A stretch of DNA of 64,000 nt. Origin: Candidatus Bathyarchaeia archaeon. GTDB taxonomy: Archaea; Thermoproteota; Bathyarchaeia; Bathyarchaeales; Bathycorpusculaceae. Below the pieces are notes generated by a model. It searched no databases, was not told the DNA's origin, and saw only the letters and a list, made by a program, of their open reading frames with translations. This document shows, piece after piece, positions 17,546 to 27,441 of the stretch. The number at the start of each line of letters is the position of its first letter. Position 1 is the stretch's first letter. The stretch spans positions 1-64,000 of the forward strand of contig JBEKOM010000009.1 in the NCBI GenBank assembly GCA_049521795.1, read 5' to 3'. The position numbers and the translations under genes are program-made.

Positions 17546-18784
17546 GTGGCTTTGAGATACGTGGACTTTGTTGACTTGAAATACGCTCCTAAATACACGG
17601 ACGTCCTCTGCACGTTCATTGTCGAGCCAAACGGCGTAAGCATGAGAGGAGCGGCTGGAGCCGTTGCTGCTGAGAGTTCGATAGGAACGTGGACAGAACT
17701 CACAACCGTTAAGCCTTACGTTGACAAGCTTGCCGCTCATGTTTTCAGCATACGAAACAGCCTAGTCAAAATTGCTTATCCAGCGGGGCTTTTCGAGCTG
17801 GGAAACATGCCTAACATCCTGAGCAGCGTTTCTGGAAACGTTTTCGGGTTGAGAACCCTGGCCAGTTTGAGGCTTGACGACATCAGCTTTCCACAAAGTC
17901 TAGTCAGAAGCTTCAAAGGTCCAAAGTACGGTGTTGAGGGAATTCGAAAGCTTCTGAAAGTCTACGGTCGTCCGTTGGTTGGTACGATAATCAAGCCTAA
18001 GCTGGGTCTGAAAACCATTGACCACGCCAAAGTGGCCTACGAAGCGTGGGTCGGTGGGTGCGACATGGTTAAGGATGATGAGAACCTGAGCAGCCAGAGT
18101 TTCAACCCGTTTGAAGCCCGTCTCGTGAAAACATTAGAGAGCAGAGACAAGGCTGAGGCAGAGACGGGTGAAAGAAAGGTCTACATGGTGAACGTCACGG
18201 CTGAAACAGAGGAGATGCTTAGAAGAGCAGAACTGGTTCTCAGACAGGGCGGAGAGTACGTGATGATTGACATTTTGACGTGCGGTTTTGCGGCTTTGCA
18301 GACGTTTCGGGAGCAGGGCTTCAACCTTGTGATTCACGCGCACAGGGCTGGGCATGCAGCGGTCACAAGGAACTTGAAGCATGGTGTTTCGATGCGAGTG
18401 TTGGCCAAAGTCGCGAGAATGATAGGGGTGGACCAGCTTCACGTTGGCACTGTGGTCGGAAAAATGTCTGAGACTAGGGAAGAGGTGGCCGAAAACTGTG
18501 AGGCGCTGAAGACGCAGATGAGCGGCTTAAAACCAGTGATGCCAGTGGCTTCTGGCGGTCTGCACCCTGGGCTTGTTCCAGCGCTGATGAGGTTCTTCGG
18601 AGAAGACTTCGTTATTCAAGCCGGAGGAGGCATCCACGGCCATAAAGATGGCACGATATCCGGAGCCAGGGCGATGAGGCAGGCGGTTGAGGCCACGCTG
18701 GAAGGTACCCCTCTGAAGGATTTTGCTGAGAACCATGCGGAACTGAGATCGGCTCTTGAAACATGGGGATTCAGCGCGCAGTAG
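17546..18784 (+). CDS. rbcL: Form III RuBisCO large subunit
   Basis: 'AAESSIGTWT', 'IKPKLG', 'DMVKDDE', 'HAHRAGH', 'LHVGTVVGKM', 'SGG', 'GGGIHGH'; full catalytic set present. Confidence 0.95.
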   Translation: MALRYVDFVDLKYAPKYTDVLCTFIVEPNGVSMRGAAGAVAAESSIGTWTELTTVKPYVDKLAAHVFSIRNSLVKIAYPAGLFELGNMPNILSSVSGNVFGLRTLASLRLDDISFPQSLVRSFKGPKYGVEGIRKLLKVYGRPLVGTIIKPKLGLKTIDHAKVAYEAWVGGCDMVKDDENLSSQSFNPFEARLVKTLESRDKAEAETGERKVYMVNVTAETEEMLRRAELVLRQGGEYVMIDILTCGFAALQTFREQGFNLVIHAHRAGHAAVTRNLKHGVSMRVLAKVARMIGVDQLHVGTVVGKMSETREEVAENCEALKTQMSGLKPVMPVASGGLHPGLVPALMRFFGEDFVIQAGGGIHGHKDGTISGARAMRQAVEATLEGTPLKDFAENHAELRSALETWGFSAQ

Positions 18785-18789
18785 GCTGT

Positions 18790-19716
18790 TTATTCGAAGA
18801 CCCAGGGGTATTTCCTGTGCATCACTTCTGTTATCGAATGCGGAGAGATCATTCCTTCCTCGCATATTATTCCATGAATGAAGTCTCTTCTGGTCACGTC
18901 GAAGGCGGGGTTTCTGACGACGAGGTTCTTAGGCGCGTCTTTCCAGATCTCGCTGGGGCTTCTTTCCTCTATTTTCTCATAGTCCCCGTACATGGTGGCC
19001 GGGTCGAATTTGAGCAGTTCGGAAACTACGTAGAAGGGCGTCCTAGACTCCTGGGCGGCGAGGGCAACGATGCTGGTTCCGATCTTGTTTATCACGTTTC
19101 CCTCGGATGTTATCGCGTCAGCGCCCACTACAACGAGGTCGACCTGGTTCATGAAGAACCGCGTTGCAGAGTCTATGATGAAAGTTGTCTTTATGCCCAG
19201 TTCGAGCAGCTCCTTCGCTGTGGTTTGTCCCTGAAACGCGGGTCTGGTTTCTGTGCAGATGACTTCGAAGAGTTTTCCTTCATGCTTGGCTCTTCTCAGC
19301 AGGCTTGTGACTGTTGAAGAGTGGCAGTGCGTCAAAATTGCCGAGTTGTTCTTGATTCTTCTGGCTCCTATCTCAGCGATTTTCCTGTTTGATTCTTCGA
19401 GGTCTGTGAGAAACTGCTCCGACGTTAGTGAAACCGTTTCAGCGAGCCTTTTCACGTTTTTCTCTTCGCTCTTTTCAACCTTGTTTATTATCATTCTCAG
19501 AGCGTTCCTCATCAGCGGCTCGGTTGCTCTTGAAGCGAAAAGGGTTTCCTTGGCCTTCAAGAGTTCTCTTAGAAAATCTTTCTTGCTGGGGGCTTCAGTC
19601 TGCCCTGCCAGCGTCTGCACAGCCTTTATGGCTGCGATGGCCACGTTCCTTGCGCCTTGAACCTCGAGCCTTCTTATTCTCTTTGCTGCGGTCTGGATCG
19701 GGTCTGACAAGTGCAT
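18790..19716 (-). CDS. Ribose-1,5-bisphosphate isomerase (eIF-2B-related family)
   Basis: 'EVQGA', 'SRATEP', 'LTHCHSS', 'TETRP', 'GADAI', 'NKIGT', 'NPAFDVT'; adjacent to form III RuBisCO; start ATG 19716 or TTG 19710. Confidence 0.88.
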   Translation of the reverse strand: MHLSDPIQTAAKRIRRLEVQGARNVAIAAIKAVQTLAGQTEAPSKKDFLRELLKAKETLFASRATEPLMRNALRMIINKVEKSEEKNVKRLAETVSLTSEQFLTDLEESNRKIAEIGARRIKNNSAILTHCHSSTVTSLLRRAKHEGKLFEVICTETRPAFQGQTTAKELLELGIKTTFIIDSATRFFMNQVDLVVVGADAITSEGNVINKIGTSIVALAAQESRTPFYVVSELLKFDPATMYGDYEKIEERSPSEIWKDAPKNLVVRNPAFDVTRRDFIHGIICEEGMISPHSITEVMHRKYPWVFE

Positions 19717-19799
19717 CACCTGCCGATACAGATAGCCTTCTAGTTCTTGAGGGTAGAATAAACTTTCTGTGAAACTTGTCGTCTTGAGAATCTGCCGTT

Positions 19800-20402
19800 C
19801 TATCTTGCGAATCGGTCGTTCTTCCAAACGTCAGCGGTGTCGCTGTAGCCCAGTTTTTCCCAGTACCCGAGCTCTTTCTTCGCTGTGAACCTTATTTTTG
19901 TGACCCATAAAGCGCTCTTGTAACCGTACTTGTTCGGGACGACGAGTCTAAGCGGAAAGCCGATGCCTTCCTCAAGCGGCCTATCGTCCAGTCCGTAGGC
20001 CAGGAGAACGTCTTCGCCTGAAAGCTCCGTCATCGAAAGCGAGGTCGTGTAACCGTCGGCGCACTCGAAGGTCACGAACCTAGCAGTTTCTTTAGGCTTG
20101 ACGAGCTCGATCACTTTGCTGAAACGGACGCCCTCCCATTTGCAGTTAAGGACGCTCCATCCCTCAACGCAGTGGAAATCGCTCACCGACTGGACCTTTG
20201 GAAGTTTGAGAACCTCATCCCATGTCAGCTTCACGGGTTTTTCGACTTCGCCGCTGATCTCCAGCGTGTAGGCTCTTAAGTCGATTTTGGGGTTCGAAGA
20301 CGTGATGCCTGGGTGGTCTTTTCCCCATCTTAACAGACGCTTTATCGGCCTCTGACCGGGAGGCAGCTTTTCACGCTTAGTGTTCGGGTTCTGTGAAGTC
20401 AT
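19800..20402 (-). CDS. Molybdopterin-dependent oxidoreductase (sulfite oxidase family)
   Basis: 'LPPGQ', 'DFHCVEGWS', 'GFPLRLVVPNKYGYKSALW', 'GYWE'. Confidence 0.9.
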   Translation of the reverse strand: MTSQNPNTKREKLPPGQRPIKRLLRWGKDHPGITSSNPKIDLRAYTLEISGEVEKPVKLTWDEVLKLPKVQSVSDFHCVEGWSVLNCKWEGVRFSKVIELVKPKETARFVTFECADGYTTSLSMTELSGEDVLLAYGLDDRPLEEGIGFPLRLVVPNKYGYKSALWVTKIRFTAKKELGYWEKLGYSDTADVWKNDRFAR

Positions 20403-20508
20403 CCTTGCTCATGAGGGACTAGAATGGTGTTGGAATTAAGGCTTACTAGGATACTGTTGACTCGCCCTTTTTCGCGTTCGCTACTCTGTTCCCTTCTCAT
20501 TCTCCTCT

Positions 20509-20611
20509 TTTGTGGAATACGCTACATCCCTGTATTCGCGTTTTTCCTCGTCTATTTCACCCCCCTCCCCCCTAGGGTACTAGTACTGCACATAGGCGCT
20601 GGGCAAGGACC
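20509..20611 (+). repeat. Dispersed intergenic repeat, copy 2
   Basis: TTTGTGGAATACGCTACATCCCTGTATTCGCGTTTT...CCCCCTAGGGTACTAGTACTGCAC...GGCG...GCAAGG; inverted relative to copy 1. Confidence 0.9.
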
Positions 20612-20826
20612 TACCGACTTCACAAGGGCATGATGACGACTCGTGCAGAGCGCTTTGGGTGGGGCCCAAGCAAGGGTCGCATCTTTTCCATGCAATTTGC
20701 TTTCTCGCCGTCTGCTCATTTTATCTGCCCCGGTTAGCCCTTGCTAGCGCGCCTATCTCTGTGTCTAGGCACAGCAAACCCAAATAAGACGGGTGTGAGT
20801 TGAGGTATTTTCTGCTGGTCGATAAC

Positions 20827-21537
20827 ATGTCTGGGACTGAAAGCTTACTTCCTTATCTGCGAGAGAAGAAACGGGCCGAACAGGAACAGCCGACGATAAT
20901 TGTGGACAGTCGCGAGGCAAGCACTGCGTCGAAGATTGTTAAGGGGCTCAGGGAGCGCGGTGTGAACGTGAAGACTGAGGTTTTGGAGAAGGGTGACTAT
21001 GTTCTGTCTGACGTGTGTGCCGTTGAGAGGAAGACTGTTCAAGATTTTGTTTACACTCTCACGCGGCGCTTTCTTTTCGAGCAACTGTTCAGGCTTAAGG
21101 AGGTCTATCCGAAAAGCCTCATACTGCTGGAGGGTTACCTGCCCATAATCTACAAGTACAGCAGGATCCAGCCCGCGTCAGTTTGGGGTGCCATGTTCAA
21201 CCTGGCAAGAAACGGTGTGGCCATAATAAACACGACGTCTTACAAGGAGACCGTTGACTTCCTCTACGTGGCCGCACGGCAAGAGCAGATAATTGAAAAA
21301 CGGGCACCGACGGTTCACCCCTTCAAGAGAGTTGACACGACGGCAGACGCCCAGGTCTACTTTTTGGCCAGCCTGCCCAACGTTGGCCGAGAGAAAGCCC
21401 TGGCAATACTCAAGTGCTATCAAACTCCTTTGAACGCTGTGATAAACGTTGACGACTGGTCAGAAACCGTACACGGACTTGGGCCGAAGATAAGCAGCAA
21501 GGTTAAAGAAGTGTTGAACACGCCTTTCACAGAGTGA
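20827..21537 (+). CDS. xpf: Short-form XPF/ERCC4 structure-specific endonuclease
   Basis: 'IIVDSRE', 'GDYV', 'VERKTVQD' (ERKxxxD) and two HhH motifs ('LPNVG', 'VHGLG'). Confidence 0.9.
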   Translation: MSGTESLLPYLREKKRAEQEQPTIIVDSREASTASKIVKGLRERGVNVKTEVLEKGDYVLSDVCAVERKTVQDFVYTLTRRFLFEQLFRLKEVYPKSLILLEGYLPIIYKYSRIQPASVWGAMFNLARNGVAIINTTSYKETVDFLYVAARQEQIIEKRAPTVHPFKRVDTTADAQVYFLASLPNVGREKALAILKCYQTPLNAVINVDDWSETVHGLGPKISSKVKEVLNTPFTE

Positions 21538-21543
21538 ACAGAC

Positions 21544-21909
21544 ATGGATGTTGAAATCAGTCCGACAAAGAAGATCATACTATTAGGCTTAGATAACCGC
21601 TCGAGAGAGAACATCGCCTGGTGCGCAGCAACCTACGGTGCGAACAGGCTGTACTGGATAGACGGTTACCTCCTGTGCTTAGAAGTCTACGAGAAATCCT
21701 TCGAACAGGAGTTGAAGAAGAAAGAGTTTCCTGTAAGCCAAGTCTGTTACGTGAAGTTTCCGAAGTACGAAAAGCTCTACGAGATCGACAAAAGCTTCCA
21801 GATCCCGGTGGTCAACGTTTCCGACATGAAGCTGTTCCAAGGCATACTAAAAGCCATGCTGGAAAACGAGAAGGCAAACCCAGCACCTTCAAAAGGTGAA
21901 AGCACTTAA
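21544..21909 (+). CDS. Conserved archaeal hypothetical protein
   Basis: 121-aa ORF 6 nt after xpf; 'LYWIDGYL', 'IPVVNVS'. Confidence 0.75.
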   Translation: MDVEISPTKKIILLGLDNRSRENIAWCAATYGANRLYWIDGYLLCLEVYEKSFEQELKKKEFPVSQVCYVKFPKYEKLYEIDKSFQIPVVNVSDMKLFQGILKAMLENEKANPAPSKGEST

Positions 21910-22514
21910 GTCTTCTTTTTTCCCACTTTCACGCTTTCTAGGCCCAGCTGGAAGGCTCTAAGGTTCATCTCCAAGTGTTTTGCTGGAACAAGCTCCCGGA
22001 TGGCTTCTTTTAGGCTTTCAGTCTTCACAGGCAGCACCCCAGTACCGGCCAAAGCCCCGAGCAGCACGACATTCTGTGCAAGACTGCTTCCAGCTTTTTT
22101 AGCTAACCGTGGCGCCTCAACGATAAGCACGTGGCTAGTGAACATTTGAACCTTCTCAACGAGTTTTTCTACACTTGGATATTTCACATTCTTCGCCGCC
22201 AATTCTGTCGGCGGAATCCTTTCCGTGCTCATAATGACCAACGTCTTTTCTGAAGCGTACTTCAGGTTCCGCAGCGTTTCAAAGGGCTCAAACCCCAAAA
22301 GCACGTCTGCTTGTCCATCCAACACCGTTGAAGACAGAGCGGTTTCGCCTATTCTCACTGCTGAAACCACTGCTCCGCCCCTTTGGGCCATACCATGGAT
22401 CTCGCTTACTCTGACGTTCAGTTCATCCTTAACAGCGGCCACTCCTATGGCTTCAGCCGCCAAGAGCGTGCCTTGCCCGCCGACGCCGGCCAGAACGATG
22501 TTGAATTCCTTCAT
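21906..22514 (-). CDS. iorB: Indolepyruvate:ferredoxin oxidoreductase beta subunit
   Basis: 'AGVGGQG', 'SEIHGMAQRGGAV', 'NVVLLGAL'. Confidence 0.95.
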   Translation of the reverse strand: MKEFNIVLAGVGGQGTLLAAEAIGVAAVKDELNVRVSEIHGMAQRGGAVVSAVRIGETALSSTVLDGQADVLLGFEPFETLRNLKYASEKTLVIMSTERIPPTELAAKNVKYPSVEKLVEKVQMFTSHVLIVEAPRLAKKAGSSLAQNVVLLGALAGTGVLPVKTESLKEAIRELVPAKHLEMNLRAFQLGLESVKVGKKKT

Positions 22515-24388
22515 TCTGCACAGCTTCCTTCAATGGCGCCGTAGGGACAGACCGAAATGCAAAGTCCACAGGCAGTGCAAGAGTCTTCGTCGATTTTCAC
22601 CTTTCCCTCTTCAACGACGATGGCTGGGCAGCCTAGAAGTTTGATGCAGGCCATGCAGTTCGTGCATTTATTAGTGATTCTGGTCGGTTCGACTTTGATC
22701 CCTCTCTGCCTCTTCTCTCTGACGGCCATCAAAGTGCAGGGGGTCCGGAAAACGACAACTGAAGGCCCGGGTTGTTGCAGGGCTTCTCTCAACACTGCAG
22801 CGGCTTCTTTTGTCTTGAACGGGTCCACTACTTTGACGTATTTGACGCCACATCCTTTAGCAACGTTTTCAATGAGAATTCTCTCCGTTGAGGCGTGCAT
22901 TCCAGTAATGCCCGTCCCAGGATGCGGCTGATGCCCAGTCATCGCCGTTGCAAGATTGTCCAGAACCACTGTGAGGACCTTGCTCTTGTTGTAAACAGCG
23001 TTCACCAGTCCAGGGATTCCCGCGTGGAAAAACGTCGAGTCTCCGATGATCGCAATGGTTTCTCTGCCTGTCGCTTTGCTCATTCCTTGGGCAGTGCCTA
23101 TGCTTGCGCCCATGCACGTCATGATGTCTCCAACGTTCAACGGTGGAGCGATTCCCAAGGCGTAGCAGCCTATGTCGGTTGAGTACAGTGTCTTGTCTCC
23201 TCCGACCCTTCTCATCACGTAGAAGGATGCTCTGTGCGGACAGCCAGCGCACAGTATCGGCGGTCTCGAAGGCAAATCTCTCGTGGCTTCAACATATTTT
23301 TCACTGATCCTTTGGAAATCTATCGGCAGCTTTCTGCCCGTTATCTCGGCCAAACCTGCCGCGACTATGCGGGTTGAAAGCTCCCCTTCTTTCGGGAAGA
23401 ATCTCTTGACCATTTTTCCGAATATTTCGACGTTTGGCGCGTGATCCTTAGCTATTGCCTTGACCTGCATTTCCAAGTATGGTTCAAGCTCTTCGACTAC
23501 GATGATTTTATTGTAAGCTTTCAAGAATCGTCCGATCATTTTCTCTGGAAGCGGATGCGTCATTCCGAGTTTCAGGATGCCCGCGTCTAGGCTCAGCAGG
23601 TTATCTGCTTCAACCGCGTAGTTATAAGCCGAGCCTGAGGATATAATGCCGAATTCTTTGCCTTTTTTGACAACTTTGTTGTAGGGAGATGCCTCGCTGA
23701 TTTCCTTTGCCTTTGCGGCCTGTCTCAGGAGCACTTCGTGCTTCGGCCTCGAAAACGCTGGCACCATCACCAAACGCTGCACGTCTCTGATGAAATTGCC
23801 CCGCTGGTTTGGTTTCACTATGCTCTTGTAAACGACCGGTCCACGAGTGTGGCTCACGCGCGTCGTGGTTCTCAGGAGCACTGGCAACTCGAGTTTTTCG
23901 GATATCTCGATGGCTGAGACTGTCATGTCCTTCGCTTCTTGAGGGTCGGAAGGCTCCAAGCACGGCAGGTTTGAAAGCAGCGCGTAGAAGCGGTTATCCT
24001 GCTCATTCTGGGAACTGTAACACTCAGGGTCATCTGCAGTGACGATCACGTAGCCTCCTCTTACACCGGCGTAAGCCAGCGTCATGACCATGTCAGCGGC
24101 CACGTTGAGCCCAACATGCTTCATCGCTGCGAGAGCTCTCACTCCACTGCTTGCAGCTCCGGCACCAACCTCAACCGCAACCATTTCGTTGACCGAGTAC
24201 TCCATGTACACACCGGCTTCAGAAGCGATTTCCGACACGGAGTCGCCTATCTCAGACGCGGGCGTGCCTGGATACGTGGTCACAACACCTATCCCTGCCT
24301 CAAGAATCCCTCGGGCAATGGCCTCATTGCCTAGCAGGAGCACCCGTTTTCCCGGCTTGTCCTGCAACAAGACTTTCGAATCAGGCAA
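22511..24388 (-). CDS. iorA: Indolepyruvate:ferredoxin oxidoreductase alpha subunit
   Basis: 'LLGNEAIARG', 'YPGTPASE', 'MKHVGLNVAAD', 'SSQNEQD', 'CAGCPHR', TPP motif 'GDSTFFH', C-terminal ferredoxin. Confidence 0.96.
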   Translation of the reverse strand: MPDSKVLLQDKPGKRVLLLGNEAIARGILEAGIGVVTTYPGTPASEIGDSVSEIASEAGVYMEYSVNEMVAVEVGAGAASSGVRALAAMKHVGLNVAADMVMTLAYAGVRGGYVIVTADDPECYSSQNEQDNRFYALLSNLPCLEPSDPQEAKDMTVSAIEISEKLELPVLLRTTTRVSHTRGPVVYKSIVKPNQRGNFIRDVQRLVMVPAFSRPKHEVLLRQAAKAKEISEASPYNKVVKKGKEFGIISSGSAYNYAVEADNLLSLDAGILKLGMTHPLPEKMIGRFLKAYNKIIVVEELEPYLEMQVKAIAKDHAPNVEIFGKMVKRFFPKEGELSTRIVAAGLAEITGRKLPIDFQRISEKYVEATRDLPSRPPILCAGCPHRASFYVMRRVGGDKTLYSTDIGCYALGIAPPLNVGDIMTCMGASIGTAQGMSKATGRETIAIIGDSTFFHAGIPGLVNAVYNKSKVLTVVLDNLATAMTGHQPHPGTGITGMHASTERILIENVAKGCGVKYVKVVDPFKTKEAAAVLREALQQPGPSVVVFRTPCTLMAVREKRQRGIKVEPTRITNKCTNCMACIKLLGCPAIVVEEGKVKIDEDSCTACGLCISVCPYGAIEGSCAE

Positions 24389-24543
24389 CAGACTTCTCCT
24401 CAGACCTGTTAAAAATTCTCACAGTCTTAACCCTTCACATATAGCTTTTGGTGAAAAAATCGGCGATGGTTGAACAGGAATGTCAGACCGAAAGAATTAT
24501 AATAACGTAAACGTGATAAGAGCAAACTCTTGAGGTTTCGATT

Positions 24544-25986
24544 ATGTCTATCAGACTCTCTTCAGGCGAGGAAATTCCTATTGAGATGCACAAGGCCAGA
24601 ATGGTGCAGAAAGTCCAGTTAGTTCCTGTTGACCAACGGCTCAGAGCCATTGAGGAGGCTGGCTATAACACGTTCCTGCTCAAGACTAAGGACATATTTC
24701 TTGACATGCTCACGGACAGCGGCGTAAACGCTATGAGCGACAACCAGTTCGCTGGCATGATGAGAGTTGATGATGCGTACGCCGGCAGCATGACTTTCTA
24801 CGAGTTTGCTAAAGCGGTTGAAGACATCCTCGGATACAAGTACGTAATGAACGTGCATCAGGGCAGAGCGGCGGAGCATCTCCTGGCAAAGGTTTTCGCC
24901 AAACCGGGCGGCGTTATCCCAACGAACTACCACTTCACGACCACGAAAGCTCACATTGAGCTGCAAGGCATGCAGGTTCTGGAGATCTATTATGATGACG
25001 CGTTGAAGACCGAGAGCACAAACCTGTTCAAAGGATGTATGGACCCGCAGAAGCTCAGGAACGTCATCAAGAAGTGCGGCAAGGACAAGATCGGCTTTGT
25101 GCGAATGGAAGCAACGACCAACCTGATTGGTGGACAACCGTTCTCGATGAAAAACCTGAAGGAGATCAAACAGATCTGCACCGAGAACGACTTGCTTCTC
25201 GTCATAGACGGAAGCCTGATCTGTGAAAACGCATATCTCATAAGGCAACGGGAGAAAGCATACGAGAACAAGACAGTCGCGGAAATAGTCAAAGAGATGT
25301 GCAGCATCGCCGACATATACTACATGAGCGGAAGAAAAAACACCTGCGTCAGAGGCGGCTGCATAGCAACGAACAATCAGAAACTGTTCGAGCAGATACA
25401 ACCGTGGCTCCCAGTGTACGAAGGCTTCTTCACCTACGGCGGCATGTCGATGAGGGAAGTCGGCGCAATGGCCGTCGGAATGAGAGAAATGGTCGACCCC
25501 GACGTCGCAGGCTGCTCAGTTGAACAGATCAAATACTTCGTCAACAAGCTTGTCAAGGCTGGAATCCCAGTGGTCACGCCGCCAGGCGGATTGGCCTGCC
25601 ATCTTGACGCGATGAAGTTTCTGCCAAACATGCCCCAGTCTCAGTATCCGGCAGGAGCGCTCGCAGCCGGGCTTTACATTGCCTCTGGAATCAGAAGCAT
25701 GGAAAGAGGCACAATTTCAATGGACAGGAACAAAGAAGGAAAAGAAGTCTTCGCCGACGTAGAACTCACAAGGATCGCACTGCCTAGAAGAGTCTACACC
25801 GTGTCGCACATCGAATACGCAGTTGACAGAATAAAATGGCTTCACAAGCACAGAGACCTAGTGAAAGGCCTGAAGTTCGTGTCCGAACCGCCAGTGCTCA
25901 GGTTCTTCCTTGGAAAGCTCAAAGCCCTAGACAACTGGGGAAAAGACCTAGCGGAAGTATTCAAGAAAGAAATTGGCACTTCCTAA
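24544..25986 (+). CDS. PLP-dependent beta-eliminating lyase (tyrosine phenol-lyase/tryptophanase family)
   Basis: 'GYNTFLL', 'DMLTDSG', 'YAGS', 'HQGRAAE', 'MSGRK' (PLP Lys), 'YEGFFTYGG', 'RIALPRRVYT'. Confidence 0.93.
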   Translation: MSIRLSSGEEIPIEMHKARMVQKVQLVPVDQRLRAIEEAGYNTFLLKTKDIFLDMLTDSGVNAMSDNQFAGMMRVDDAYAGSMTFYEFAKAVEDILGYKYVMNVHQGRAAEHLLAKVFAKPGGVIPTNYHFTTTKAHIELQGMQVLEIYYDDALKTESTNLFKGCMDPQKLRNVIKKCGKDKIGFVRMEATTNLIGGQPFSMKNLKEIKQICTENDLLLVIDGSLICENAYLIRQREKAYENKTVAEIVKEMCSIADIYYMSGRKNTCVRGGCIATNNQKLFEQIQPWLPVYEGFFTYGGMSMREVGAMAVGMREMVDPDVAGCSVEQIKYFVNKLVKAGIPVVTPPGGLACHLDAMKFLPNMPQSQYPAGALAAGLYIASGIRSMERGTISMDRNKEGKEVFADVELTRIALPRRVYTVSHIEYAVDRIKWLHKHRDLVKGLKFVSEPPVLRFFLGKLKALDNWGKDLAEVFKKEIGTS

Positions 25987-26116
25987 TCGTGGAATAGAAA
26001 GATAAAATCTAGAAAGGCGCGCTAACGACTACTGGAACCTTCAACGCGCGCTACAGAAAAATCCAGAACAAGGTTTATGACAAAACAATCAGCACATAGC
26101 GGGGAGAATTCAAGAA

Positions 26117-26545
26117 ATGCGGCTTAAGTTTCTTGAGGGCAAGTATCTGCTTAGTGCACGCATCGAGGAGTGTTCTCCTCTAGTTAAAAGGGCGTTAAGT
26201 GATGTAGGCCTGAAAAATGTGGCGGTGAAAAAGGAAGTTCCCCCTCGTTACTTGCTGCTAGAATACAGCCCCGGATGGGTGGGAAAAGCGTTAGAGATAG
26301 AGTTTGTTTTCAAGGAGACGCAAAATGGTACCGAGGTCTCCGTCAAATGGCCCTTTGCCAGCGAGATTCCCCCTTTCATAGACGACAAAGATCACGTTGC
26401 CCTTTTGAAAAAACACGAGGAAGAAAGGAAGCAAACGGCTGAACGTCTGATCGAGGAGTTCAAGAAAAGAATCGGCGCAACTGATATTCGAGTCTCCGAG
26501 GAAGTGAACCTTCTGCAAGGGGAGAGGAAAACGAAAGACGAGTAG
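26117..26545 (+). CDS. Hypothetical protein
   Basis: 142-aa ORF with a GGAG upstream; no family recognised. Confidence 0.65.
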   Translation: MRLKFLEGKYLLSARIEECSPLVKRALSDVGLKNVAVKKEVPPRYLLLEYSPGWVGKALEIEFVFKETQNGTEVSVKWPFASEIPPFIDDKDHVALLKKHEEERKQTAERLIEEFKKRIGATDIRVSEEVNLLQGERKTKDE

Positions 26546-26648
26546 CCAAGCTTCACTCTTAATCTTAACCCAGCACGTGTTTTCGATTTGAAAAGAATGG
26601 TGTGCAACACGACAGCTGCTACGTCGTGCCGGAGATGACTTGAGACTG

Positions 26649-27302
26649 TTAGGCTAGCTTCAACTGTCTTATCTGCTTAACGATGCTATCGACGGCTACT
26701 TCAGGTGGCAGTTCAAGGGATTCACATTTAAACTCTGCAAATGGGACCCCTTTCTCTTTATAGTACTGCAATATGGGTTCGGTCTGACGCTCATAGACGC
26801 CTATGCGGTCCTTGATCACGTCTGGCATGTCGTCAGTACGCTGGTAAAGTTGCCCTCCGCACTTGTCGCATGTCCCCTCCACTTTGGGCTTCAAGAAGCG
26901 TATGTTATACACTTCTCCGCAGCTCTTGCATATTCGGCGGCTTGACAAGCGCTCTATGATTATCCAGTCTGGTACCGTCAAGTGGATGACACCGTCTATC
27001 TTGACAAGCTTCTCCAAAGCTTTGGCCTGCTCAATAGTGCGCGGGAAGCCATCCAAGATGAAGCCTTTCTCGCTGGAAGACTTGTTCAAGCGTTGTTTCA
27101 GGACTTGCATAACTACGTCGTCGGGAACCAGCTGGCCCTTCTCTACGAAACCTTTCACTTTCCTTCCCAACAGGGTGTCCTTTTTCATGATCTCTCGAAG
27201 AATGTCTCCCGTTGCGATGACGTTGATGCCTAGCCTTGTCTGCAAGCGCGAGGCATACGTGCCCTTGCCCGAACCTGGGGGACCAAAGATCACTAGTTTC
27301 AT
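26649..27302 (-). CDS. adk: Adenylate kinase (bacterial type, Zn LID)
   Basis: 'GPPGSGKGT', 'GDILR', 'LDGFPRT', LID 'CKSCG...CDKCG', 'RTDD'. Confidence 0.95.
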   Translation of the reverse strand: MKLVIFGPPGSGKGTYASRLQTRLGINVIATGDILREIMKKDTLLGRKVKGFVEKGQLVPDDVVMQVLKQRLNKSSSEKGFILDGFPRTIEQAKALEKLVKIDGVIHLTVPDWIIIERLSSRRICKSCGEVYNIRFLKPKVEGTCDKCGGQLYQRTDDMPDVIKDRIGVYERQTEPILQYYKEKGVPFAEFKCESLELPPEVAVDSIVKQIRQLKLA

Positions 27303-27441
27303 GGGTCACCACTGAGCTTTTCACTTGCTAGTGAACGGTTTCTAGGTTTCAGTGCACATTCATATATCGTTTTTGAGTAGAACCTCAATGACTCTGCTTC
27401 AAAAAAGGCTTTTCGAGGAAGGAAAAGGTTGAAGAGGGGAA

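Noticed and set aside
17546-18784. RuBisCO-like protein (form IV) interpretation
   Set aside because: All main catalytic motifs (KPK, KDDE, HR, H...K, SGG, GGG) are intact.
24619-25401. 260-aa antisense ORF
   Set aside because: Lies fully opposite the well-supported lyase gene; codon-bias shadow.
26649-27302. Bacterial-type adenylate kinase in an archaeon as a novelty
   Set aside because: This type is already known in several archaeal lineages.
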